A stretch of 64,000 bases of DNA from an uncultured delta proteobacterium (lineage in GTDB: Bacteria > Desulfobacterota > Binatia > Binatales > Binataceae), in NCBI GenBank assembly GCA_963808235.1, contig CAWEEQ010000001.1, positions 256,001 to 320,000 on the forward strand, read 5' to 3'. Numbering within the stretch: the first letter of the stretch is position 1; each line of letters opens with the position of its first letter. Below the pieces are notes generated by a model. The model made no database searches and had not been told where the DNA came from. It saw nothing but the letters and a program-made list of their open reading frames with translations. Positions 29,404-38,700 of this stretch are shown here, in pieces. A program made the translations under genes and the position numbers.

Positions 29404-30471
29404 TCATCGCGCCGTCTTGAGCGGATGCTCGCGGAAGAAGTGGAGCATCGCCGATGTCCAGGCTTTTGGCCATTGGGCGTGATTCATCATACCCACCGTC
29501 GAGCTTAGTGGATTAGTCAGTAGCGCCAGTCCGCCCATCGAGTTGCTACCGCACGAGCTATTGCATTCGTATACACGATTTCCATGATTGTCGAGGATTA
29601 CATCCTCAACTGAGACTCGGGCTGCGAGCAATTCGCTAGTCAGTTGCTCACTACTGGGACAAATTCCGGCGGTATCGCAGCTATTGTGTATATGCATAGT
29701 TGGTATAGCCGGATTGAAGATCTGAACCTGCGTGATATTCGCCGGCGTGGTCGCGACCGGATGCTGTGCGCATGGATCGTCGAATGCGCCGAACGGATTG
29801 GGCGCGGAATACACCGCAACCGCCGCGATATTGGGCCTATTCAACGCATACAGATACGCCATCGCGGCGCCGTTGGACCATCCGGAAACGTAGATGCGAT
29901 TCGTATCCACCGCGCCGCTCGCAACCTGCGTTGCGATGAAGTGATCGATCGTGGCCGCGTCGGCATTCTCGCGCCATGTAGTATCTCCGATCTTTACATC
30001 GCCGGCCGGATTCAGTTGGCGGTACCAATTGTCCCATCCGATGCCCTTGTTATCGGGAAATGGATAGTAGTGAGTAGTCCTGCGCCCTTCAGGCGCGAGC
30101 ACTATGTATCCGGTGTTCGCGGGATCGTCGCCGAGTGAGATTGAATTCTGGTAGTCGAGTATATTGGTTCTAGTAATCCATCGCGCCGAGAACAGCGACG
30201 GATGTAAGTATACAAGCATCGGAAGTTTGGGCGGTTTGCGATTCGAAGCGGCCCGTGCGGGCGAATAGAGGCAGGCGTAGCGATCGATGCCGTCGGCGTC
30301 TTTCCACGGACCGAGCAGTTTGCCATCGCCGCAATTGGGCTTGACCGCGGAGAACACGGCCGCCGATGGATCTCCGTAGGGTCCACAGGTGTTGGATCCC
30401 GCGCCGCTGTTGCCGGCGCTGGCGCAAGCGACTCCGAGTACGATCGCTGCAATGAATATCGTTTTACGCAA
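29404..30471 (-). CDS. Secreted serine esterase (PHB-depolymerase/esterase-like)
   Basis: Signal peptide, RIYVSGWSNGAAMA nucleophile motif, C-terminal His and several Cys. Confidence 0.7.
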   Translation of the reverse strand: MRKTIFIAAIVLGVACASAGNSGAGSNTCGPYGDPSAAVFSAVKPNCGDGKLLGPWKDADGIDRYACLYSPARAASNRKPPKLPMLVYLHPSLFSARWITRTNILDYQNSISLGDDPANTGYIVLAPEGRRTTHYYPFPDNKGIGWDNWYRQLNPAGDVKIGDTTWRENADAATIDHFIATQVASGAVDTNRIYVSGWSNGAAMAYLYALNRPNIAAVAVYSAPNPFGAFDDPCAQHPVATTPANITQVQIFNPAIPTMHIHNSCDTAGICPSSEQLTSELLAARVSVEDVILDNHGNRVYECNSSCGSNSMGGLALLTNPLSSTVGMMNHAQWPKAWTSAMLHFFREHPLKTAR

Positions 30472-30557
30472 CCGGTCACATTTAACATATCTACTCGCGC
30501 ATTTGCTTGTCTGTCTTGGCGGTCGAGCGTTAAGTTTTGACTTTAACTGGAGTGCCG

Positions 30558-31706
30558 ATGCAAATCGATCACGATGAAATCATGCGGCGCGTTGCGGCGA
30601 TCTCGCCGACACTTGCGATTCATGCTCGCGAATGCGACGCGGCCCGCAAGCTCGTGCCGGAGAGCATGGCGGCGATGCTCGAGGCCGGCATGTTCCGGAT
30701 TCCGCAGCCTTCGCGCACCGGGGGCTACGAGCTTCCGCTCAGAACTCTCGCCACTGCGGTGACCCGTCTCTCCGAGGCGTGCCCGTCGGCTGGGTGGGTG
30801 CTTATGGTGATGGGAGCGCATCACTGGTGCATGGGTTCGTTCCCCGACGCCGCTCAAGACGAGGTCTTCGGCGGCGGCCGCGACGGCCTGGTTGCCGGCA
30901 CGCTCTCGTGGCAGGGTTCCGCGATACCCGTCGAGGGCGGCTTCCGCGTGAGCGGACGATGGCAGTTCTGCAGCGGCGTCGATCATTCGAACTGGGTGAT
31001 GCTTGGATGCTCCGATCCTGAGACCCATGGACCTCGAATCCACGTCGTGGTGCCGCGCGACGAGCTCGAGATTGACGACACCTGGTACGTGATGGGCCTG
31101 CAAGGGACTGGCAGCAAAGACGTGGTCGCGCACGAGGTCTTCGTTCCCGAGCATCGGACGATCGACACGCGGATACTCTTTCGCGGCGAGAGTCCTTACG
31201 CCGCCACGCATGCGACTAATCTTTACCGGCTGTCGGCCGAGGCGATGCTTTCGACCTCGGTCGCGAACGCGGTGCTCGGGTCGGCAAAGTGCGCATTGGG
31301 GCAATTTATCGAACGCACGAAGGAGCGGCGGGTTATCCTGACCGGCGCACGAAAGGCAGAGCATGGGCCGACCCAGGCGCGGCTGGCGGAGGCCGCTGCC
31401 GAAATCCACTGCGCGGATCTACTGTTGCGTGACGTCCTTGCCGAATTCGATCGCCTGATGGCGGCCGGCGACGGCTTCACCGTCGAGCATCGTGTCCGTG
31501 CGAAGTGGCAGGCCGCGTATTCGGCGGAACTCTGTCGGCGTGCGGTTGCGCGACTCTTCTCGGGGTCGGGCGCGCACGCTGTTTATACGCCGAGCGGCCT
31601 GCAGGCGGCATTCAGGAATATCAACGTCGGCGCGCAACACGCGAGCATCGACTTCGACAATTCCGCGGAGCTCTACGGACGCATGCGGCTGGGCGGGGGC
31701 AGTTAA
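30558..31706 (+). CDS. Flavin-dependent monooxygenase, acyl-CoA dehydrogenase fold (HsaA-like)
   Basis: Motifs ACPSAGWV, SGRWQFCSGVDH, DTWYVMGLQGTGSKD and C-terminal FRN...QH. Confidence 0.88.
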   Translation: MQIDHDEIMRRVAAISPTLAIHARECDAARKLVPESMAAMLEAGMFRIPQPSRTGGYELPLRTLATAVTRLSEACPSAGWVLMVMGAHHWCMGSFPDAAQDEVFGGGRDGLVAGTLSWQGSAIPVEGGFRVSGRWQFCSGVDHSNWVMLGCSDPETHGPRIHVVVPRDELEIDDTWYVMGLQGTGSKDVVAHEVFVPEHRTIDTRILFRGESPYAATHATNLYRLSAEAMLSTSVANAVLGSAKCALGQFIERTKERRVILTGARKAEHGPTQARLAEAAAEIHCADLLLRDVLAEFDRLMAAGDGFTVEHRVRAKWQAAYSAELCRRAVARLFSGSGAHAVYTPSGLQAAFRNINVGAQHASIDFDNSAELYGRMRLGGGS

Positions 31707-31711
31707 AAGCT

Positions 31712-31750
31712 AAAAAGAAAGCCGCAGCCCCTTGCGGGACTGCGGCTTCT
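31712..31750 (-). terminator. Intrinsic terminator of the OmpA-family gene, between convergent genes
   Basis: Minus strand reads AAGCCGCAGTCCC-GCAA-GGGGCTGCGGCTT followed by TCTTTTT. Confidence 0.8.
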
Positions 31751-31786
31751 GTTACGGCAGTTTCGAGTCAGCTTTTTCTAACTGGT

Positions 31787-32467
31787 CTACTGATTGGGCA
31801 CCAGTTCGACGCGACGGTTCTGAGCGCGGCCGTCAGCCGTATCGTTGGTGGCAACGAAGTCGCTCTTGCCGTAGCCGTGCGGAATCAGCCGGCTTGCGGG
31901 AATGCCCGCGCTGACCAGGTAATCCACGACCGCGTTGGAGCGCCGATCGGAAAGTCTCAGGTTGTAGTCAACCCCGCCGATCGCGTCGCAGTAGCCATTG
32001 ACGTTCACCGACACGTTCGGATTTGCCTTCAGTGTGGATGCGGCTTCATCCAGCACGGCGGCATCACCCGGCCTGATCTTCGACTTGTTAAAGTCGAAAT
32101 GTACGCCGCGCAGGATCAACTTCTGCGGTGGCGGCGGAGGCGGAGGTGGCGGCGGTGGTGGCGGAGGAGGCGGTGGCGGCGGTGGAGGTGGCGGCGGCTG
32201 GATTATCGGATCGCAGATGTAGTGTCCGGCCAATCCACCCAGAACCAAGCCGGCCCCGCCGAGGCCAGCGGTCCAGGCAGCCATATTTTCGTGGTCCCCG
32301 GTGCTCTCATTGATGGCGACGCCGATTCCCGCTCCTGCCGCCGCGCCCAGGATTGCGCCTCCGATTGCGCACCCATCCCAGCGACGAGGCTGCGACATGT
32401 TGGAGCAGCCCGAGATCAGCGAAAGGATCGCTATCCCGACTAAAATTTTTACCGGTTTTCTGAACAC
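31787..32467 (-). CDS. OmpA-family lipoprotein with a glycine zipper and a polyproline linker
   Basis: ISGC lipobox, GxxxG zipper, 24 consecutive Pro codons, and the OmpA-like domain VHFDFNKS...YNLRLSDRR...GRAQNRRVE. Confidence 0.92.
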   Translation of the reverse strand: MFRKPVKILVGIAILSLISGCSNMSQPRRWDGCAIGGAILGAAAGAGIGVAINESTGDHENMAAWTAGLGGAGLVLGGLAGHYICDPIIQPPPPPPPPPPPPPPPPPPPPPPPPQKLILRGVHFDFNKSKIRPGDAAVLDEAASTLKANPNVSVNVNGYCDAIGGVDYNLRLSDRRSNAVVDYLVSAGIPASRLIPHGYGKSDFVATNDTADGRAQNRRVELVPNQ

Positions 32468-32658
32468 GATTTACCTTCCTTTTCTGGCAGGTTCCCCCCA
32501 AATCGGCGAACCCACGGTTAAGCGAATTGTGCCGGGCGGACGCTTTGCGTATCTAAAGCAATCCTACACAACCCAGCGCTACTTCCCGGCGAATTTTAAA
32601 ACACAACCGCCCCTAAATCCAGCCCCCGAAACAGCAACTTTTATGCCGATTCCGTCTC

Positions 32659-32871
32659 CTACGGCATTTCGAGCAGGCATCGCGCACACAGAGCCCATCG
32701 GCTCTCGCCGCCAGCCGGTACTACGAGTATCGCCGCGATCACAAGGTCAGCGTCGCCGCAGCGCCGGCAGATCATCTGGTCGCAAGTGCCATGTTCTTTG
32801 AGCCAACATTCAGCGATGGCGGTTGGATCGTCGATCAGCTCGACCCTGATCAAGTTATGTCCGGTTTCCAA
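32659..32871 (-). CDS. Small hypothetical protein with two CxxC pairs
   Basis: GGGGAGG just upstream of TTG 32871, with CRRC and CARC motifs. Start codon uncertain. Confidence 0.4.
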   Translation of the reverse strand: METGHNLIRVELIDDPTAIAECWLKEHGTCDQMICRRCGDADLVIAAILVVPAGGESRWALCARCLLEMP

Positions 32872-32946
32872 AACCTCCCCCAGTCGCGCGCCTTGGGCAG
32901 GCGACGCGTTTGCCGCCAATGAAATTACACGTGCAGCTCGCGCCCG

Positions 32947-33681
32947 CTAATCGGGCGTTCTGCCGACCAATTGAGCATGCTTCCCGATTGATTCCTGGAG
33001 CTCGGCAACCCGCACGACCAGTTGTCGTCCCTGGCGAATCAGAAATTTCTCGCGCTCGAGACGCGCCAGATGTTCGGTGGTTCTCGGCCGCGAGGCGCCG
33101 ACCAGGTTGGCGATGTCTTTGTGGCCGAAGGAAACCCGGAGCAGAGTCCCGCGCGATTCTTCGATTCCAAAGTCGGAGCACAACTCGAGCAGGGTAATCG
33201 CGATGCGCTCGCGAAGTCCGAGATTCAGAAAGCTGGAACTGCGCAGCAACAGCCGATACCACTGCTTCAGATCGTTTTCGCGCAGGTGCTCGAACGCCGA
33301 CTCGGTCGATTTTTCGGTGATGCCGCCGAATTGATCGCGGCTCAAGCTCCCGACTCTGCAGTCGTTGTACGCCTCGCACTGAAAGTTGGATTGGCTCATC
33401 GGCAGCGAAGGAAACTCGGGAATCGGACCCGGCGCGAGCAAGGCGACCGTGACCCGCTCGCTGCGCGCATTCAGGCAAGTGATGCGCGCGATGCCTGTTA
33501 ACAAAATGTTTACTTCAGACGCGAGCGCAGCTTCGCGCAAGATCACGTCACGTCGTTTGAAGTTTGCCAGCACGAGCGCGCCGACGAGTAGGGTTAGTTC
33601 TTGGGTGGAAAGCCAGGAGAGAGCTTTGAGGCGGCTCAGGCGGTCGAAGTCAGTGTCGCGATGACTTTTGAGATCATTCAA
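32947..33681 (-). CDS. Crp/Fnr family transcriptional regulator
   Basis: cNMP-like barrel (ILLTGIARI), LRERIAITLLEL, and HTH HKDIANLVGASRPRTTEHL. Confidence 0.9.
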   Translation of the reverse strand: MNDLKSHRDTDFDRLSRLKALSWLSTQELTLLVGALVLANFKRRDVILREAALASEVNILLTGIARITCLNARSERVTVALLAPGPIPEFPSLPMSQSNFQCEAYNDCRVGSLSRDQFGGITEKSTESAFEHLRENDLKQWYRLLLRSSSFLNLGLRERIAITLLELCSDFGIEESRGTLLRVSFGHKDIANLVGASRPRTTEHLARLEREKFLIRQGRQLVVRVAELQESIGKHAQLVGRTPD

Positions 33682-33742
33682 TATTGCACCTTCTTTTGGA
33701 TGCTCAGAGCATACGCCGATGGCGACAATAAGAGAAACGCAA

Positions 33743-33758
33743 TGTTACCTGTTTGACA
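33743..33758. promoter_or_regulatory. Crp-like site TGTTA-N6-TGACA
   Basis: About 60 bp upstream of the Crp gene at 32947-33681, with CRP half-site geometry. Confidence 0.45.
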
Positions 33759-33911
33759 GATATATTGTGCTGAAAAGAACTGTGACGGAAGCAATTCTGG
33801 GCATCTGCGCCGTTTCAGAAGCCAAGCTTAGCAGTATTCAGCAAACACAAGGGGAGTTGGGCGGGGGCGGACTCTGCCCTCGCGCGACAGCGATTTCGGC
33901 TTTGCGAGGAA

Positions 33912-34664
33912 TTATGGAGTGGCTGCTTTCGCGAGTCTGTTATCGATTACCGAATGCACCTGGGCGAGAAAAGTTTCAACGCGATCGCGATTTACCGTGA
34001 AGTGATGGTGGTCGCGCGAAATCAGGTTTTTGTGCTCGAACTCGATCAGCTGCTCGGTGATCCGCGGCCGCGATGCGCCCACTAATTCGGCGAGGTCGCG
34101 ATGCCGGGCCTGCACCGTGAGGCGGATACCCTTTCCATTGCGCACACCGAAGTGCTCGCTTAGTTCGAGCAGGATCAGCGCGAGACGTTCTTCGAGGGTG
34201 CAACTCATGAAGTTCGCGCATCGCAGTTGCACCAGGTCCCATCGGCCGAGATAACTGCTCGCCATTCGCTTGAAGTCTTCGGAGTCGATACCGAGCGAAA
34301 TTTCAATAAATTTTTCCAGCTCAATGGTCCCGACCTGGCAATCGGTGATCGCCTCGCAGCGGAAGTCATACTTGATTCCGATAACTCTGGGCGGGAAGCC
34401 GGGAACCAGTCCCGGCGCAACCATCATCAGCAAGGTGCGCATGCCCTTGCGGTTGCGGCAGCTTATTCGCGCCACTCCGGAGAGCAGCACGTAAACGAAT
34501 TCGGTGGAATGATGTTCCTCGGAAATGATGCCGCGTTTTTCGACTGTGCTGACGACGAGCGCGGCGGCTAGCTTGTCCAATTGACGTGCGGTGAGCCAGG
34601 AAATATTGCCTAGTCCTCGTAATTTACGGTTTCCATATGCGTGAGCGGGAGGCATGTGAGACAA
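33912..34664 (-). CDS. Crp/Fnr family transcriptional regulator (paralog)
   Basis: Motifs VLLSGVARI, LEERLALILLEL, and HTH HRDLAELVGASRPRITEQL. Confidence 0.9.
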   Translation of the reverse strand: MSHMPPAHAYGNRKLRGLGNISWLTARQLDKLAAALVVSTVEKRGIISEEHHSTEFVYVLLSGVARISCRNRKGMRTLLMMVAPGLVPGFPPRVIGIKYDFRCEAITDCQVGTIELEKFIEISLGIDSEDFKRMASSYLGRWDLVQLRCANFMSCTLEERLALILLELSEHFGVRNGKGIRLTVQARHRDLAELVGASRPRITEQLIEFEHKNLISRDHHHFTVNRDRVETFLAQVHSVIDNRLAKAATP

Positions 34665-34710
34665 TCTACCAGAGTGGCGCAGATAAATCGTCTTTTCATT
34701 CGTCCCGCTT

Positions 34711-34726
34711 GGTTATCTTTGTAACA
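34711..34726. promoter_or_regulatory. Crp-like site GGTTA-N6-TAACA
   Basis: About 50 bp upstream of the second Crp gene, with the same geometry as 33743-33758. Confidence 0.45.
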
Positions 34727-34790
34727 GATCGACACGGTGGCTCAATGGCTTTATTCGTCTATAAGCGATAGCGTGAGGCTTCGCCCAGAT

Positions 34791-34806
34791 AGTAATCGCG
34801 ATTACT
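34791..34806. promoter_or_regulatory. Perfect palindrome AGTAATCGCGATTACT (GTA-N8-TAC)
   Basis: Seen directly, about 30 bp upstream of the small membrane-protein gene. Confidence 0.55.
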
Positions 34807-34834
34807 CACATCGAGCCACCAAGGAGTATATCCA

Positions 34835-35032
34835 CTGACACTAGTTAATATAGTCGTGATTCTGGTCGTAGTAGGTTTAGTGATGTGGCTAATCAATACC
34901 TACATTCCGATGGCCGGCGCGATCAAGAGCCTGCTGAACGTAGTCGTTTTCGTGGTGGTGTTGATTTGGCTCTTGCAGACTTTTGGATTGATTGGAAATA
35001 TTCCGGGCGTGAAAATACCGGCGCTCAAATGA
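34835..35032 (+). CDS. Small two-helix membrane protein (Thivi_2564-like), CTG start
   Basis: Absent from the ORF track. AAGGAG, 8 nt, then CTG. Translates to (M)TLVNIVVILVVVGLVMWLINTYIPMAGAIKSLLNVVVFVVVLIWLLQTFGLIGNIPGVKIPALK. Confidence 0.8.
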   Translation: MTLVNIVVILVVVGLVMWLINTYIPMAGAIKSLLNVVVFVVVLIWLLQTFGLIGNIPGVKIPALK

Positions 35033-35065
35033 CTACTGACTTGTTACAATGACTACTGACTTGTT
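35028..35065. repeat. 18-bp direct repeat AATGACTACTGACTTGTT, two copies, 20-bp period
   Basis: Exact copies at 35028-35045 and 35048-35065. Confidence 0.85.
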
Positions 35066-35194
35066 GCGATGAAGCTCGAAATCAAACCTATCCAGCCACG
35101 CGACGCCGTATCCCGGCGCTTGGCTTCCGGCCGCGACCTCGCGGCATCCTCTCCAGCAGCCCAGCGGCTCCCGCCGTCAGGCAATTGGTGATAA

Positions 35195-35246
35195 GGCGGG
35201 CATCCGGGAGACTCCCCCCTCCCTCGGTGCCCGCCGACTTTTTCTT
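35195..35246 (+). terminator. Probable intrinsic terminator
   Basis: GGCGGGCA...TGCCCGCC stem followed by GACTTTTTCTT. Confidence 0.5.
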
Positions 35247-35312
35247 GCAGCGTAGGTCTCTGCCAGGGTTGAGGTCGGTGCCGATGAACCTGAAATCGTA
35301 GTCGGAGGAACA

Positions 35313-35537
35313 ATGAAACCAATCGTAATGGTCGGCGCGATTTTGGTCCTGCTCGGAATCCTCGGGCTTGCGATACCGCAATTCACGACCCACGAAACCA
35401 AAAATGTGGTGTCGCTGGGCGACGTGAAAATCCAGGCCAACGAACCGACCGAGCACACGATTCCGCCCATCGTAAGCAGCGCTGCGATAATCGTCGGCGC
35501 AGTCCTGCTCGGCAGCGGCCTGTACCGGAAGCAATAG
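35313..35537 (+). CDS. Small two-TM membrane protein (DUF3185-like)
   Basis: GGAGG ribosome-binding site. Two hydrophobic helices flank a beta-rich loop ending in TIPP. Confidence 0.78.
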   Translation: MKPIVMVGAILVLLGILGLAIPQFTTHETKNVVSLGDVKIQANEPTEHTIPPIVSSAAIIVGAVLLGSGLYRKQ

Positions 35538-35727
35538 TGCTAATGGTGCTCGGTTCAAATTTGATAATATCGTAAACCGGCAGCGCCTTGGCGAGCGAGC
35601 GAGGTTGCCGCAGACCTGGCGCGGAGAGTTGCAGCGAGATGCCGACTTAAGATGAACCGATTCCGCAAGCGTCTCGCACCTGTCTCGCGCCGCGCGCTCG
35701 CCGACTCTGCCGACCATCGAGGCTAGT

Positions 35728-38700
35728 TTGAATCCTGTATTTCTGCGGGCGCTGAAAGGCCCGGGCCCATCGTTCGCCCGCGACATCGAAGAACCGATCC
35801 GCTCGGAACTGTTCAGTATCGAGCGTCTCGAACAGCATGGCGAGACGCTCGCAGTTGCCCAGCGCGTTACCGACCGGCCCGGCGCGGGACGTCCGATTGC
35901 GCCCCGGATACGCGCCAACGCGCGGGTCCTGCTCGACGTCTATCGCAGCACTGCCGCCGCGATCCGTGAGGAACGCGCGATCACACCCGCGGCCGAATGG
36001 CTGGTCGATAACTTTCACGTCGTCGAGCAGCAGATTCGCGAGATTCGCGACGACCTTCCGCGCGGTTTCTATCGCCAGCTGCCCAAGCTTGCCGACGGCC
36101 CGCTCGAGGGTTACCCGCGCGTATTCGGAATCGCGTGGGCCTTCGTTGCGCACACCGACAGCTACTTCGACCCGAGTACGCTCGGCCGGTTTGTGCATGC
36201 GTACCAGCGGGTGCAGCCGCTGACGATCGGCGAGCTTTGGGCGGTCGCAATCACGCTTCGTATTGTGCTGGTCGAAAACCTGCGCCGTTCCGCCGCGAGA
36301 ATCGCGAGCGATCGGATGGACCGCCAGCGAGCCGACGCTCTGGCCGACCGCCTGCTCGGAGACGGCGGCCGCGAGCCCGAGCCGGTTGCGACCGTTCTTA
36401 AGTCGCTCGATCGAGCACCGCTGCGGCCGGCGTTTGCGGTGCAGTTGGTGCAGCGGTTGCGCGATCAGGATCCCCGGGTAACGCCGGCGCTGGTCTGGCT
36501 CGATGAACGCTTGCGCGCGCAAAACACCACCGCCGACGAAGTCGTCAGCGCGGTCCATCAGGGGCAGGGCGCGATGAACGTGACCGTGCGCAACGTGATC
36601 ACCAGCATGCGCCTGATGTCGGCGGTCGATTGGGCGGATTTTTTCGAGAGTGTGAGCGTGGTCGATGCGATCCTGCGCGCCGATAGCGACTTCGCCGCGA
36701 TGGACTTCGCGACCCGCGACAGTTACCGCCACGCGATCGAGAAACTCGCCCGCGGCTCGGCGCATAGCGAGATCGAGGTTGCCGAGCACGCCGTGGCGGC
36801 GGTCAAACGCGCGGCACCCGAAGGGATGAGTCGCGACGCCGTGACTGCGCTTCGCGAGCGTGACCCCGGCTACTACCTGGTCTCGCGCGGCCGACATGCC
36901 TTCGAGAAAGAACTTGGATTTCGAGCCCCGATTCGTGACTGGATAGAACGCGCCAACGCGGCGGCGGGAATCGCAGGCTACGTCGGCACGATCGCGGCGG
37001 TCAGCGCAATCATTCTTATAGCGTCGCTGGTCGCGATCAGCGGCGCGCATTTGTCGGCGTGGACGCTGCTCATCCTGGCAATTGTCGGCGCAATTCCGGC
37101 GATGGAAGCCGCGGTGACGCTGGTCAATCGCGGCGTCACGATTGCAATCAGCCCCGCCATGATTCCCGCGCTCGAGCTTCGCGACGGAGTGCCCGCGAGC
37201 CTGCGCACAATCGTCGTGATGCCCACCTTGCTCACCACGCAGGCGGAAGTCGAAGAGCAGATCGAGCGGCTCGAGGTTCACTATCTCGCGAGTCCCGACG
37301 GCGAGCTGCGCTTCGCGATCCTTTCGGACTGGTGCGACTCGGCAACCGAGAGCGCCGTCGGCGACGACCAGCTGCTGGGCGCCGCGGCGAGCGCGATCGC
37401 GCAATTGAACGTTCGTCACACTCCCGCGTCCGACGGCGGCGCGCGCTTTATCCTGCTTCATCGGCGCAGAGTCTGGGACGATGCGGAAGGGAAGTGGATG
37501 GGATGGGAGCGCAAGCGCGGCAAGCTGCATGAGCTGAATCGATTGCTCCGGGGAGCGACCGACACCAACTTCCTCGGCGTGGACGGCCATCCGCCGCGCG
37601 TACCAGAGGGCATCCGCTACGTGATCACACTCGATGCCGACACTCGGCTCCCGCGCGGGGCGGCCAAGCGCCTGGTCGGCAAGATGGCTCATCCGCTCAA
37701 CGCGCCGCGCTTTGACCCGCGCTGCGGCCGCGTGGTCGAAGGCTACGGAGTTCTCCAGCCGCGGGTCACCCCGTCGCTGCCGACCGGACGCGAGGGCTCG
37801 ATTTATCCAGCGCGTGTTCTCCAGCTCGAGCGGGATCGATCCGTACGCATTCGCAATCTCCGACGTTTACCAGGATCTGTTCGGCGAGGGCTCGTACAGC
37901 GGCAAGGGTATCTACGAGGTTGACGTTTTCGAGGCGGCGCTTAGAGGCCGGGTCCCCGACAACACGCTGCTGAGTCACGATCTGTTCGAAGGAACCTTCG
38001 CGCGCTCAGGATTGGCCTCCGACGTCGAGGTGGTCGAGGAATTTCCGTCGCGCTACGACGTTGCCGCCGCAAGGCAGCATCGATGGGCTCGCGGCGATTG
38101 GCAACTGCTGCCGTGGATTTTGGGCCGCGCCGATCAAAGTCTGGACGGCGGGCGCACCAACATCGGCGACCCGCGCGCATCGATACCCGCGCTGGGGCGC
38201 TGGAAGATGATCGACAATCTGCGCCGGACCTTGTCGGCGCCGGCCGCCCTGGTCGCGTTGGTGGTCGGATGGATGCTGCCGTTTTCGGTCGCGTGGATTT
38301 GGACCGGCTTCATCGTCGCGACGATCGCGACTGCTCCGATGCTCCCGTTTATCACCGGGATAGTTCCGCGCCGGCTCGGGATCTCCAAGCGCAGCCACCT
38401 GCGGGCGGTCGTTACCGACCTCGTGGTTGGACTGTCGCAAATCGCGATGCTGCTGACTCTGCTTGCGCTTCAAGCGTGGCTGATGACCGACGCGATCGCG
38501 CGCACGCTGCATCGACTGTTCGTGAGTCATCGACGATTGCTCGAGTGGGTGACTGCGGCGCGTGCAAAGTCGGCGACCCGGCTCGATCTTCGCGGCTACT
38601 ACGAGAGCATGGCCGGGGGCGTCGGTCTCGCGATCGGCGCGGCGATTTTGGTCGCCTGCGCAAGAAGCCGGGGCGGGCTGCTCGCGGTTCCATTCGTCGT

